A DNA stretch of 64,000 nucleotides from NCBI GenBank assembly GCA_021791195.1, contig JAJYXB010000013.1, forward strand, positions 3,697-67,696, in the 5' to 3' direction. Source of the stretch: Actinomycetes bacterium (lineage in GTDB: Bacteria; Actinomycetota; Thermoleophilia; BMS3ABIN01). The position numbers and the translations under genes were made by a program. This document shows positions 46,339 to 55,756 of this stretch, piece by piece. The notes under the pieces were generated by a model. The model searched no databases. It was not told where the DNA came from and saw only the letters and a program-made list of their open reading frames with translations. Position 1 is the stretch's first letter. Each line of letters opens with the position of its first letter.

Positions 46339-47514
46339 ATGTTCCCAAAAGGAGAAATGCTGAGCAATTTCATGCAGGACGCAAAAATTCTTGCAGGCAT
46401 TGTCTCGCGACGCGTTCTGACCGGCCCCCACTCCGTCCAAATTAGCATCGTCGACGCTTGCAATTACCGTTGCATCATGTGCTGGGAGCATTCCTCCGAA
46501 CTCAATGGTTTGGGCGCGGATCCCATTGCCCGCGATTATCATGAGAACAAGAAATATAAGAAGACCGTGATGGATCTTAAAGTCTTCAAGTCTCTTATTA
46601 CCAGTCTTGCCAGCAGCGGTACGGGTCATATCAGCCTGGCGGGCATCGGTGAGCCTCTCATGCACAAGCACATAGTCGAAGCGATCGCCTTCGCGCGGGA
46701 GAATGGCATCAAGGTCTGGCTCACCACGAACGGCTCACGGCTAAATCAGGATATCATGAAGGAGTTAGCCGCCTGCGGGCTTGAAGACATAAATGTCAGC
46801 ATCAACGCCGGCAATGCCGCCGAATACAGCCTTGTTCATTCCAATCAGAATAATTCGATGTATGATCAGATTATTGACCACCTGGTCTGGTTTAAGGGAT
46901 ATAAGCATGAACGTGGGCTGACTCAACCGCAACTCACATTGTCGAATGTAGTCTGCAATCTCAACTATCATCGCAGCGTGGAGATGATGCGGGCCGGTAT
47001 CGCCACTGGCGCCCGAAATGTCTTTTATCGTCCTATCGATGTTTACGAACAAACGCGCGACTTTGCCTTGTCTGACGCACATTTGGATGAGCTTCGAAGC
47101 TCATTCGCTGCCTGCGAAGACCTCGCGGACAGGCATGGAATTCAAACCAATATTTCCATGTTTGAAAAACTGCTCGCATTACGCGACACACAAACGATTC
47201 CCGCACCCTGCTTCGCCGGATGGGTGGCGCCCTTCGTGCTCGCTAACGGTGATGTAACATTTTGCTGCCTCAGCCGTGAAGTTCTGGGTAATCTTTCCGA
47301 GAGCTCTTTTGGAGATATCTGGTTTTCCTCTTCACGCCGCAGCCTGAACGAAACCGCTCTCAGGATGCATAAGACCCAGGAGGCGGTTCCGAACAGCCGC
47401 TGCCTCGGTTGCGAGCAATCCTTCCAGAACCTGAAGGTCAACCGGTTTCTCTGGCCCCTGCTTGGCAAAAGCAAGGCTTCAGGCACGGCGGCGGCCATGC
47501 GCCGGGCCGTTTAA
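46339..47514 (+). CDS. Radical SAM protein with C-terminal SPASM/Twitch-type domain
   Basis: CNYRCIMC, GEPL, TTNG; C-terminal C..GW...NGDV..CC...LGN....F..IW...C.GC. Confidence 0.92.
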   Translation: MFPKGEMLSNFMQDAKILAGIVSRRVLTGPHSVQISIVDACNYRCIMCWEHSSELNGLGADPIARDYHENKKYKKTVMDLKVFKSLITSLASSGTGHISLAGIGEPLMHKHIVEAIAFARENGIKVWLTTNGSRLNQDIMKELAACGLEDINVSINAGNAAEYSLVHSNQNNSMYDQIIDHLVWFKGYKHERGLTQPQLTLSNVVCNLNYHRSVEMMRAGIATGARNVFYRPIDVYEQTRDFALSDAHLDELRSSFAACEDLADRHGIQTNISMFEKLLALRDTQTIPAPCFAGWVAPFVLANGDVTFCCLSREVLGNLSESSFGDIWFSSSRRSLNETALRMHKTQEAVPNSRCLGCEQSFQNLKVNRFLWPLLGKSKASGTAAAMRRAV

Positions 47515-48686
47515 GGCTTTTTTCCCGCGATAGCTCCATACAGCTCTTCCATGCGGGAGACCATCAAGTCCGCCCTGTATTTGCGCTCCCATAGTTCCCG
47601 GGCAGCGACGCCCATTATCCGGCGGCGTTTTTTATCTCCCAGGAGCTGTTGGATTGCATTTGCCAGGCCTTTGGGGTCATGCGGCCGAACCAGCAAACCT
47701 GTCCGGTCCTGAATAACTATTTCCCTTACACCGCCCACTTCAGTAGCCACCATCGGCTTTCCTAGCATCGCAGCCTCCAGCAACGTCAGTGGCAACCCCT
47801 CGGACAGCGAAGGCAAGACAACCAAGTCAGATGCGGCCATGATCCCGAGGGCATCATTGCGTCTTCCCGCGACCAGTAATCTGCCGCCAAATTTTACGTC
47901 TTGTGCTCGCCGGCGGAGCTCCGCTTCCATGGGGCCCTCGCCTACAACCAGAAAATATGTCGTCTGGTCCTGACCGGCAATAATATCAATGGCATCCAAG
48001 AGGTCTTGAGAGCCCTTGTGAAAGGCTATCCGGCCAACACATATAACTACTTTGTCCGTTTCGCTTATTCCAAAATCCATCCTGATATCTTCAATAATAT
48101 TTTTATCAAGGTCGCAATCCTCGATGCCGTTGGGCACAACGATGATTTTGTTCCCGTTTATCCTTAATGTCTTAATGAGTTCGTCACGGGTAGCATCACA
48201 AACGGCGACGATTTTTTGCGAAAGCGAGGCAGTAAGTCTGTCTATGCCCCCGTACTGAACTTTCTTCATCAGACTCACAACGGCGCCCATTTCCTCTTCA
48301 TGACCACCACTGAACTGCCTCCAAGAGCCGTGCACGCTGGCGACCATCTGGTTGCGCCTTTTCATGGAAACAGCAGCCAGCACGGTAAAGAAGTGAGCGC
48401 GCGGCCCATGGGAGTGGATGATGTCTGGCTGAAAGGAGTCGATCGTTCTCTGCACATATCTGATGGCTCGCCAGGCCAGAAAAATGTTACGCTGCGCTTT
48501 CAGCTCAAGAAAAGGAGTGGCTCTGGTCGGAATTCCCACCGCTTCAAAATCAGCCAGGACCGGCCCGTCACACAAACTCAGCAGGCAAACTTCATGCCCG
48601 CGAGCCGCCAGGCATCTGGAAAGAGTTAGCGTATGTACCGGGAGCCCACCGTACTCAGCGTTGGCAATAACTTGCAGGATTTTCAT
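47511..48686 (-). CDS. Glycosyltransferase family 4
   Basis: GG...H, IIHSH, VPNGI, GRI...KG and SEGLP..LLEA...GKP.VAT.VGG..E. Confidence 0.93.
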   Translation of the reverse strand: MKILQVIANAEYGGLPVHTLTLSRCLAARGHEVCLLSLCDGPVLADFEAVGIPTRATPFLELKAQRNIFLAWRAIRYVQRTIDSFQPDIIHSHGPRAHFFTVLAAVSMKRRNQMVASVHGSWRQFSGGHEEEMGAVVSLMKKVQYGGIDRLTASLSQKIVAVCDATRDELIKTLRINGNKIIVVPNGIEDCDLDKNIIEDIRMDFGISETDKVVICVGRIAFHKGSQDLLDAIDIIAGQDQTTYFLVVGEGPMEAELRRRAQDVKFGGRLLVAGRRNDALGIMAASDLVVLPSLSEGLPLTLLEAAMLGKPMVATEVGGVREIVIQDRTGLLVRPHDPKGLANAIQQLLGDKKRRRIMGVAARELWERKYRADLMVSRMEELYGAIAGKKP

Positions 48687-48699
48687 CTGGGGGCAACCG

Positions 48700-50115
48700 T
48701 CAAGTCTCCACGCTCGCCAGCTTATACTGGCCGGCAGTTTCCAATTGCTCCTGTTCTTGCGTATTTGTCATGCGCGTGGCAGCTGCGACAAGCCCGGCCA
48801 TCGCCCAAAAATATGTCTGTGTGGCGCCGGCGCGAAACAGATTGTCTGTAATGCTTCCAAGCAGGTATGAAATTACAACTGCGATCATGACCAGCGCCAG
48901 TATTTTCAGTTGCGTGTCCTCGAATTTAAAATAAGACCTGACCGCGCCCCTGAAAACACCGAAGATGGCGGCCAGGTAACATCCCAAACCTATGACACCG
49001 CTGTCAACAAGCAGATGCACGTAATCATTATGCGGCATATAGTAGTATCCCAAGCCCTCTTCTGCGTACACCCCGTAGCTTCCAAGACCATTACCCACTA
49101 TTGGACTCGCATAGAACTTCGGCAACAGGTACCGCCACATCTCGACACGGAAAAACATGGAGCCCTGACCCTGGGAAAAGCCCAGCGCCTCCTGGAATCG
49201 CTCAAGAATACTGGGCACCAGGAGTAACAGGATAATAATTCCCACAGGTACAAGGAGCAGCATTTTTCTGTAGCGGAAGGATCCTACAACCAATAAACCG
49301 GCAACCAAATCGATCCAGGCCGCACGTGCATATGTGTAAATCAGCGAAAACAGCATGGCGCCGCACAGCACCACATAGACGATTCTTTGCCAGCGAACTC
49401 TGGTCTCAATCAGCAGAGGAATGCAAAGCAGCAGGATCATCATCAAATAAGTCGCATAGGCGTTAGGGTGAGGGAAGGCCGCAAAAATACGGTTGAACCC
49501 CGGCGTATCATGATTGCCTGTATCAGTCACGAATTGATAAACCCCCATCGCCAAAGGAGGAATCGTCGAAATCACAAGCGCCGCCAGCAGCATTTTTAAA
49601 TATCTTCTATTGGCAAACAGCTCCGCGATGAGGATGAACAGCACGATCGTACTGGCAGTGCCTACCCAATCCTTGAAACCGCTCATTTTATCTTCTGACA
49701 TCGTGAGCGTGACCGGCAGCGTGGCAAACAGGAAGATCAGCATGGGCCCAACCACTGAAACTTCCCATATCTTTACCTTATTGACAATAATGTAGATGAA
49801 GCCGCCAAAAAGAATTGCCGCACCCAAAACCCCCAGCATCTGCATGCTAAGGCCGCCCACTGAGATCCGGGTCGGGCCCAGAAAAGCCTCCATCAGCCCC
49901 CGAACGGCGATGTAAACAAGAATGAAAATGCGGATGTCAATCACAAAAAGCCCGGCGAGAATCAGCCCGAGCATCAGCCCAAAATAGGTCGCCGGATGGA
50001 GAAGGCCCAGCGCCAGTGGTATGAGCGCGGCGAGCGCAACGAAGACGATTAACGAAACAACGGGTTTAATATATGCCATGCTGGATATTTTCGGACCGGT
50101 CACACTCTCACCCAC
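48700..50115 (-). CDS. O-antigen ligase / Wzy_C family membrane protein
   Basis: Many TM helices; R....HPN, TYAR.AW, S...R..MW, P..G.GLG and PHNDY. Confidence 0.85.
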   Translation of the reverse strand: MGESVTGPKISSMAYIKPVVSLIVFVALAALIPLALGLLHPATYFGLMLGLILAGLFVIDIRIFILVYIAVRGLMEAFLGPTRISVGGLSMQMLGVLGAAILFGGFIYIIVNKVKIWEVSVVGPMLIFLFATLPVTLTMSEDKMSGFKDWVGTASTIVLFILIAELFANRRYLKMLLAALVISTIPPLAMGVYQFVTDTGNHDTPGFNRIFAAFPHPNAYATYLMMILLLCIPLLIETRVRWQRIVYVVLCGAMLFSLIYTYARAAWIDLVAGLLVVGSFRYRKMLLLVPVGIIILLLLVPSILERFQEALGFSQGQGSMFFRVEMWRYLLPKFYASPIVGNGLGSYGVYAEEGLGYYYMPHNDYVHLLVDSGVIGLGCYLAAIFGVFRGAVRSYFKFEDTQLKILALVMIAVVISYLLGSITDNLFRAGATQTYFWAMAGLVAAATRMTNTQEQEQLETAGQYKLASVET

Positions 50116-51732
50116 TCAGCTCAGATATCCCATTCCGCGAAGTTGTTCCTCAATCGCATCAGCCTCTTCCTGACTGTAAACATCATCATCGGCGGCTGAA
50201 CGCATGGATGTATCCTCGGCGTCACCAGAAACGGGATTCTTTGAAACAAAATCGTGCCTGAAGATTCCCGCCAGTACTTTGCCGTCCATGTGCTGCGGCA
50301 CCGGCAAACCCATTGAGTATAGAATAGTCGGCGCAGCATCGATTATTCGTGCATTTTCGACTCCACCAATTCCGATGTTCGGCCCGTAAGCCATGAATAT
50401 GCCGTCGGCATGATGAGCGCCATGTGGGTCTTCTGAACGGTCTTCAACCAGCGTTTTTCTCAAAATACCATCGTGAACATAACACCGGTAGTCGTCAAGA
50501 ACTGGCACCAGGTCCGGCGCAACCCACGCAAAGTCACCATGATAAAGTTCGTCCTTGAAACTGATTGAACTTACCAGCTCGATTCCATCGTGCGGATTGA
50601 TGAAACGTTTCAGTTTATCGGCAATCTCCCTGACAGTATTTTCATACTCGGCTCCCTGGGCTATCAGGCCATGTTTATCACGATCTACCAGGTTGATAAA
50701 CAACCCCTGCTCTCGCGAGTAGGCGGCTGACCTGCCCCAGTCAACGAGATTATTCATGCCGCGTTCCCTGAGCCGCCCGCCTAGCCCCGAGGACAGAAAT
50801 TTGACCATTCTGCCTGACCGCAACCGTTTGTATCCGGGCATCCACATCTGCTTTCCAGCACTTGCTAAATTAAAGAAGCCCTCGCTTTTAAGCCAGTTAT
50901 TCATGATAAATTCCGATCGCAGCTCCGTAAACCCGTGGTCGGAAATAATGAAAACATTCGTTTCATTGCCCAGCCCGGCAATAATATCACCGATGATTCC
51001 ATCCAGCATGCCGTACAGCTGCAGTATCTCTTTTCTGAACAGTTCACCCGTCCTGGTGTCATAAAGAGAGCATTTCTCATCCAGATATTTCCAGTAGACA
51101 TGCTGGAGGCGGTCAGGCGTGACAAAAACCATCATAACGAAGTCACAGGGGTGATGCTTCAGCATGTGCTGATACGCTGCCCGCCTGCCTTCCATTGATT
51201 TGCGCAGCGGCTTAAGCACATGCATATTGCCCGAATCATTCACAGGCACCACCGGCACATCGACAATATATTCAGTTTCCAGGGAACCAATCTCACCCTC
51301 CAGCGACTCAGGATATGTAAAGTTTCTTGACCGCTCGGGTGTCATCATTCCCGTGATCATGTAGCCATCGACTTTTTCGGGAGGATAAGTCAACGGCAGG
51401 TTTATCAAACCCGTGCTTATGCCATGGTCATTCAGGATCTGCCAGATCTTCTTGGAGCCCATGACCCTGGAGTTGGAAAGCTCGCGCCGCTTCGTAACTG
51501 GATTAAAGAAGGTAAAACCGTAGATACCGTGCTTCCCGGGATTGACCCCGGTATAAAAGGAACTCCATGCCGGCGGGGTATATGGAGGCTGTGTCGACTT
51601 CAATATTCCACAGCAGCTTTTAGCCAGAAGCTCAGCAAAATTAGGCATTAACCCACTAGCCGCCAGCGGTTTCAGCAGGTCAAAAGTTGCGCCATCGAGG
51701 CCGATGACGACCGTTTTCGGAACGGACTTTAT
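50116..51732 (-). CDS. Type I nucleotide pyrophosphatase/phosphodiesterase family protein (alkaline phosphatase superfamily)
   Basis: In-frame VVIGLDGAT lies upstream of the track ATG (51648); PPYTPPAWSS..TG.NPGKHG, DRLQH, SDHGF, H..DG and C-terminal LRGMGYL. Confidence 0.88.
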   Translation of the reverse strand: MKSVPKTVVIGLDGATFDLLKPLAASGLMPNFAELLAKSCCGILKSTQPPYTPPAWSSFYTGVNPGKHGIYGFTFFNPVTKRRELSNSRVMGSKKIWQILNDHGISTGLINLPLTYPPEKVDGYMITGMMTPERSRNFTYPESLEGEIGSLETEYIVDVPVVPVNDSGNMHVLKPLRKSMEGRRAAYQHMLKHHPCDFVMMVFVTPDRLQHVYWKYLDEKCSLYDTRTGELFRKEILQLYGMLDGIIGDIIAGLGNETNVFIISDHGFTELRSEFIMNNWLKSEGFFNLASAGKQMWMPGYKRLRSGRMVKFLSSGLGGRLRERGMNNLVDWGRSAAYSREQGLFINLVDRDKHGLIAQGAEYENTVREIADKLKRFINPHDGIELVSSISFKDELYHGDFAWVAPDLVPVLDDYRCYVHDGILRKTLVEDRSEDPHGAHHADGIFMAYGPNIGIGGVENARIIDAAPTILYSMGLPVPQHMDGKVLAGIFRHDFVSKNPVSGDAEDTSMRSAADDDVYSQEEADAIEEQLRGMGYLS

Positions 51733-51862
51733 TCCCCCACCACCTTCCCAATTACTAACTTAAGTAATTCTACCATGTATTCTTTGTTTTTCCTGAAAAT
51801 ATTTCCACATCAGCCACGGCAGTCGGCTCTGTAGGTAGCAAAATCACAGCCGGGAATCTGAT

Positions 51863-53446
51863 CTATGCGGTCTCCTTCACATTCCGGTTCGCCAGCTTCA
51901 TCCAGATCATGTTTATCAGCATCATGTCGGTACTATCAAAAACCAGTTTATATATCAACACTGCATAACACCCGGCAAAAGCAACGAAGCTCACCGCGAG
52001 ATTCCACGGATGGGGGGTCAGCTCTTTGAAAACAAGCGCCAGCAAAACCGACACCGCGGCTGCTCCGATAACTTTAAAATAACCGCTGGAAAACGGCTGT
52101 AACTTGAGCAGGGACCTGACGCCTGAATAAGAGCTCAAATTGAACAAGACCAGTGTGGCGCCTAAAGCCAGAGCTGCGCCAGTTGCTCCATATCTTGGTA
52201 TGAGTATCAAACACAATACAACGTCAGACAGGAAAGCCAAAATATTTATAAATAAAACTACGCGGGGTCGCCCGCACATGATCAAAGTGAAAGAAACCGG
52301 ACCGGAAAGGGCATCAAACATCTTCCCCATACACAGAACTATCAGAACTGTCGCTCCAGCCTGATATTGGCTGCCCATTACACTTAATGCCTGCTGAGGG
52401 TAAAGAGCCAGCGCCAAAAAAATGGGAAGACTAAGAGCGGCAATCCATTTTGTTACCGACCTCAGCAACCGTTCGAGGCGATCACGCTCACCTCGATTGT
52501 AGAAATCCGATACCAGTGGCGCAAACATGGTATTGAAAGATACCAGCACCATGGACCCGACAACGGCAAGACGCATAGCGATGCTATATATGCCGACTTC
52601 GTCAGCACTGCGAAAATGTCCCAGAAAAAGTGTATCGACCCAGAGCAGCATGATTCCGAGCAGCGCTGAAACAGCCAGAGGCGCCGAATAAGACACTAGC
52701 TGGCGCTGCCGGTATATACGTTTGAGATGCAGACTGAAAACCGGTTCAACCTTTTGCAGGAAATAAAAAGACATTATCAGTGCAATAACCAGAGCCGCGA
52801 TATAGGCGTGAACGACTCCGAGCAAACCCAGTCCGCTACCGAGAACACCAGCGCTCAAGATGAATTTCAACATCTGTTCGGTTGTATCCCTGCTATAGAC
52901 CTGGTACTTCATTTGACGCAGGCCTTGCGTGCTAGCATTAAAATACCTCGCTAGCACGTAGACAGGTATCGCAACCCCAAAACCCTTCATCACACCGGTC
53001 AGGCCCGGCTTGCTGAAGAGATCCACCGAAATCGGGGCGGCAAAAATGAATACCATTGAGCCCAGAACAATGGCAAACGGCACACCCATGGCTATCGCGC
53101 CGGCAATCGTCCCCCGCACCCGCTCCCTGTCACCCGCGCCATCATAGATAGCCACATAGCGCAAGATTCCCGTATCGAGACCCAGATAAGCAACCGTCCC
53201 CAGAATCGAGAATATTGTAAAACCAAGATAGTAGAGCCCGACATTTCCCGGGCTCAGGAACAGCGCCAGGAATACGGCATACAGGAAATTGAAGATCGTT
53301 CTGGAGACACTCCCGATCAGATTAATGCCCGTGCCGCTAACGATCTGTTTCAGATCGTCGATGTGTGTTCCGGAGCGAGCCCCGTGCTCACATTCGCCGG
53401 ATGGCGGACTGGTTTCTTCAGTGGATTCTGCAACATGTTTTTTCAT
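51863..53446 (-). CDS. Wzx-type oligosaccharide flippase
   Basis: Many TM helices; G.Y, D...LG......VGIY and P..S..Y pattern; glycan locus context. Confidence 0.88.
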   Translation of the reverse strand: MKKHVAESTEETSPPSGECEHGARSGTHIDDLKQIVSGTGINLIGSVSRTIFNFLYAVFLALFLSPGNVGLYYLGFTIFSILGTVAYLGLDTGILRYVAIYDGAGDRERVRGTIAGAIAMGVPFAIVLGSMVFIFAAPISVDLFSKPGLTGVMKGFGVAIPVYVLARYFNASTQGLRQMKYQVYSRDTTEQMLKFILSAGVLGSGLGLLGVVHAYIAALVIALIMSFYFLQKVEPVFSLHLKRIYRQRQLVSYSAPLAVSALLGIMLLWVDTLFLGHFRSADEVGIYSIAMRLAVVGSMVLVSFNTMFAPLVSDFYNRGERDRLERLLRSVTKWIAALSLPIFLALALYPQQALSVMGSQYQAGATVLIVLCMGKMFDALSGPVSFTLIMCGRPRVVLFINILAFLSDVVLCLILIPRYGATGAALALGATLVLFNLSSYSGVRSLLKLQPFSSGYFKVIGAAAVSVLLALVFKELTPHPWNLAVSFVAFAGCYAVLIYKLVFDSTDMMLINMIWMKLANRNVKETA

Positions 53447-53530
53447 GACCCCCGCCGCACAGCCAAAAAACGTATTTCATCGGCTCGTCCCGGAGGAGCT
53501 TCGCGATTCTGTTGCAAAAAAAGAGTCAGT

Positions 53531-54406
53531 CTAGGGAGCAGTCTTATTACTTCGGCGTCGATCCATAACGGCGGCGGCAATGATGCCGATAAGCAGACCT
53601 GCCACGGCCGCAACGACCCCAGTCTTGAGAAACGCCGGAGCAGCTTTCGAAGTTGGCACGACTGCGGGAGACATCACACTGAGGCTGTTTGCATCCAGCG
53701 CCTCATTAATCTGCATCCTGGCAATGATGTCTGAATATTGCTTGCGGGAATCCGTCAGGCCATTTACCTGGTCCTGCAGTTCATCGATGCGCGCATTGCG
53801 CGCGGCAACGTCCCCCCCTGTCTGCGTCTTTAGCTTCTCACTTTCATTCCTGACGGAAGCCAGCTTCTGATCGATAGGAGCGATTTGTTGTTTATTTACC
53901 TGATCGATAAATTGATTTGCAGCGTTTAAGTTCACTTTTTGTGCTTGCTCAATCAGTACCGTCGAGAGCGAATTCGCCGCATACATGGCTACGGCAGCAT
54001 TGTCGGAAGTGGCATCGATGTGAATCAAATCGTTGCCGTTGCCTGTCTCTGCCTCGCCTCTGGAGGAATAGCTGAAATTGATATCAGCCGCAGGAACCCC
54101 TAGCTGTGTCTGGACCTTGCTTTTGGCTTCATCAAAGACGCTCGCTGAGTCCAGCAATTTCAGATATGTCTGAGTCTGTGGCTGAATCGAGGAAGGCAGC
54201 GATTGCCGGCTGATTAAATTGCCCTGACCGGGATTCCCAAGCAGCGAATTCACCTGGCCCACCTCGAGCACGGCCGTCGCCTGATAATGCCGCGGCAGAA
54301 CCAGAAATACGACGATATCGACCAGTGCAAACAGCACCGCGACACCGAGTATGATCCATTTCCGCCGCCAGAGCCTGCTCATGTATTCTGCGAGTTCCAC
54401 TATCAT
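53531..54406 (-). CDS. Wzz/CpsC-like chain-length determinant
   Basis: EL.EY...LWRRKWII plus TM, Y.ATA.L, coiled coil, PA..P and C-terminal TM. Confidence 0.8.
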   Translation of the reverse strand: MIVELAEYMSRLWRRKWIILGVAVLFALVDIVVFLVLPRHYQATAVLEVGQVNSLLGNPGQGNLISRQSLPSSIQPQTQTYLKLLDSASVFDEAKSKVQTQLGVPAADINFSYSSRGEAETGNGNDLIHIDATSDNAAVAMYAANSLSTVLIEQAQKVNLNAANQFIDQVNKQQIAPIDQKLASVRNESEKLKTQTGGDVAARNARIDELQDQVNGLTDSRKQYSDIIARMQINEALDANSLSVMSPAVVPTSKAAPAFLKTGVVAAVAGLLIGIIAAAVMDRRRSNKTAP

Positions 54407-54463
54407 CTCCCTCTTAAATCGATTCCAGTTATTTTGATTACGAACCCTTTCGCGCCATTCATC

Positions 54464-55717
54464 CTAGTCAAATTTTGCCGGCTGTTTCAACAATCGCAGC
54501 GCTATCAGTACAGGGTATATGAAATAATATAGCTCAGAATGCCTTATCTTCGGCAGAACTGGATAATATTCTAAATACCAATCGACCTTCGGGAGTGCCC
54601 GTCGCAGAATTGCCACATACCGTTTTCCGGAATCATCGCGCATTATCCGCCAGAGCTCCAAAACCGGCTTCCGCTTCAGCTGCTGCATTTCCAGAATGTT
54701 ATTCCGCCGCGCCAGCTGTTCGAAAAACCTTGCTGTTAAATATTTTGGCTTTAAATTTGCAAGTGTAGCATTTGGCACTTCCGATAGCCCGCAAACCTCG
54801 CTGGTCAGAATAAGCGCATAATAAACAAATGTCTTCAGATGATAGCGGCTCACCCTTCTGGCAAAATTGTCCCAGTCCATTCCCGGCCCATAACGCCTGA
54901 CGACCTGCTCCACATCCTTAAACCAGATCAGGCGATTGCTGTCGTGGTGAGCAGTCATATGAACACATTGAAAGATGAGTGTATCTTCCGGAGACAGCGT
55001 TTTAATCGTGGTTCCGCCGACTTCTACCATCTTGGCAGACCGCCAGATTTCATCATAGTCAACCGCAATAGATGATTCGTGTGTGGGCAGATTGATAAGC
55101 TTCCAATGAAGATCGATCGGTAGCGAGCCTTCCTTTGCAAGGTGAACCTGGTTCTTGATCTTCCCTTTGCCCGTGAAGATGTCCGCCTTATCCTCAACCA
55201 GACTGTATCCGAGCGCGGTGAACGCATCAATTGCTCTGGCAATATCTTCTTTACGCACAAAATAATCCAGATCTCCAAAACTTCTCATGTTGTCCCGCTG
55301 ATAGACAACCTCATCAAGAACGGGCCCCTTGAACAAAATATTTTCAATGCCCAGCCTTGTCAGCTCTGAGGTTATAATCGCCACGTCCCTGTTAGCCATC
55401 GCTATCCGGGCAATTTGGGCAATCCGCACCTGACGTAATGTATTCAAAACCTCGCCGGGAACGTGCTCTTCCAGCGAACTCAGAGCTTCCTGGGCGTAGC
55501 CTATAACCCCGTGAAATGCCGCTTGGTCAACCAACCTGTGCCATTCAGCGGCTCGACAAGCGTCAATCAGCCTTACCCGGAGATCAACGTCTGTGTCGTC
55601 CGTACGAACACACTCAACCAGCAATCGTTCGGTGGGATCGAGCAATTCCGTCCGAAATAGCCGTTCTGATCTGTTGATTTCTGGCACCATCTTTGTATGT
55701 TTCTGGATAGAAGTCAC
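54464..55717 (-). CDS. Nucleotidyltransferase, NTP_transf_5-like (type associated with lasso/PqqD loci)
   Basis: FKGP.L...Y....R.FGDLD.FV, IDLHW.L and H...H....L.W..D. Confidence 0.85.
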   Translation of the reverse strand: MTSIQKHTKMVPEINRSERLFRTELLDPTERLLVECVRTDDTDVDLRVRLIDACRAAEWHRLVDQAAFHGVIGYAQEALSSLEEHVPGEVLNTLRQVRIAQIARIAMANRDVAIITSELTRLGIENILFKGPVLDEVVYQRDNMRSFGDLDYFVRKEDIARAIDAFTALGYSLVEDKADIFTGKGKIKNQVHLAKEGSLPIDLHWKLINLPTHESSIAVDYDEIWRSAKMVEVGGTTIKTLSPEDTLIFQCVHMTAHHDSNRLIWFKDVEQVVRRYGPGMDWDNFARRVSRYHLKTFVYYALILTSEVCGLSEVPNATLANLKPKYLTARFFEQLARRNNILEMQQLKRKPVLELWRIMRDDSGKRYVAILRRALPKVDWYLEYYPVLPKIRHSELYYFIYPVLIALRLLKQPAKFD

Positions 55718-55756
55718 GCCTTCCGTTGCAACGATGACGGCAGAACCTGGTATTCC

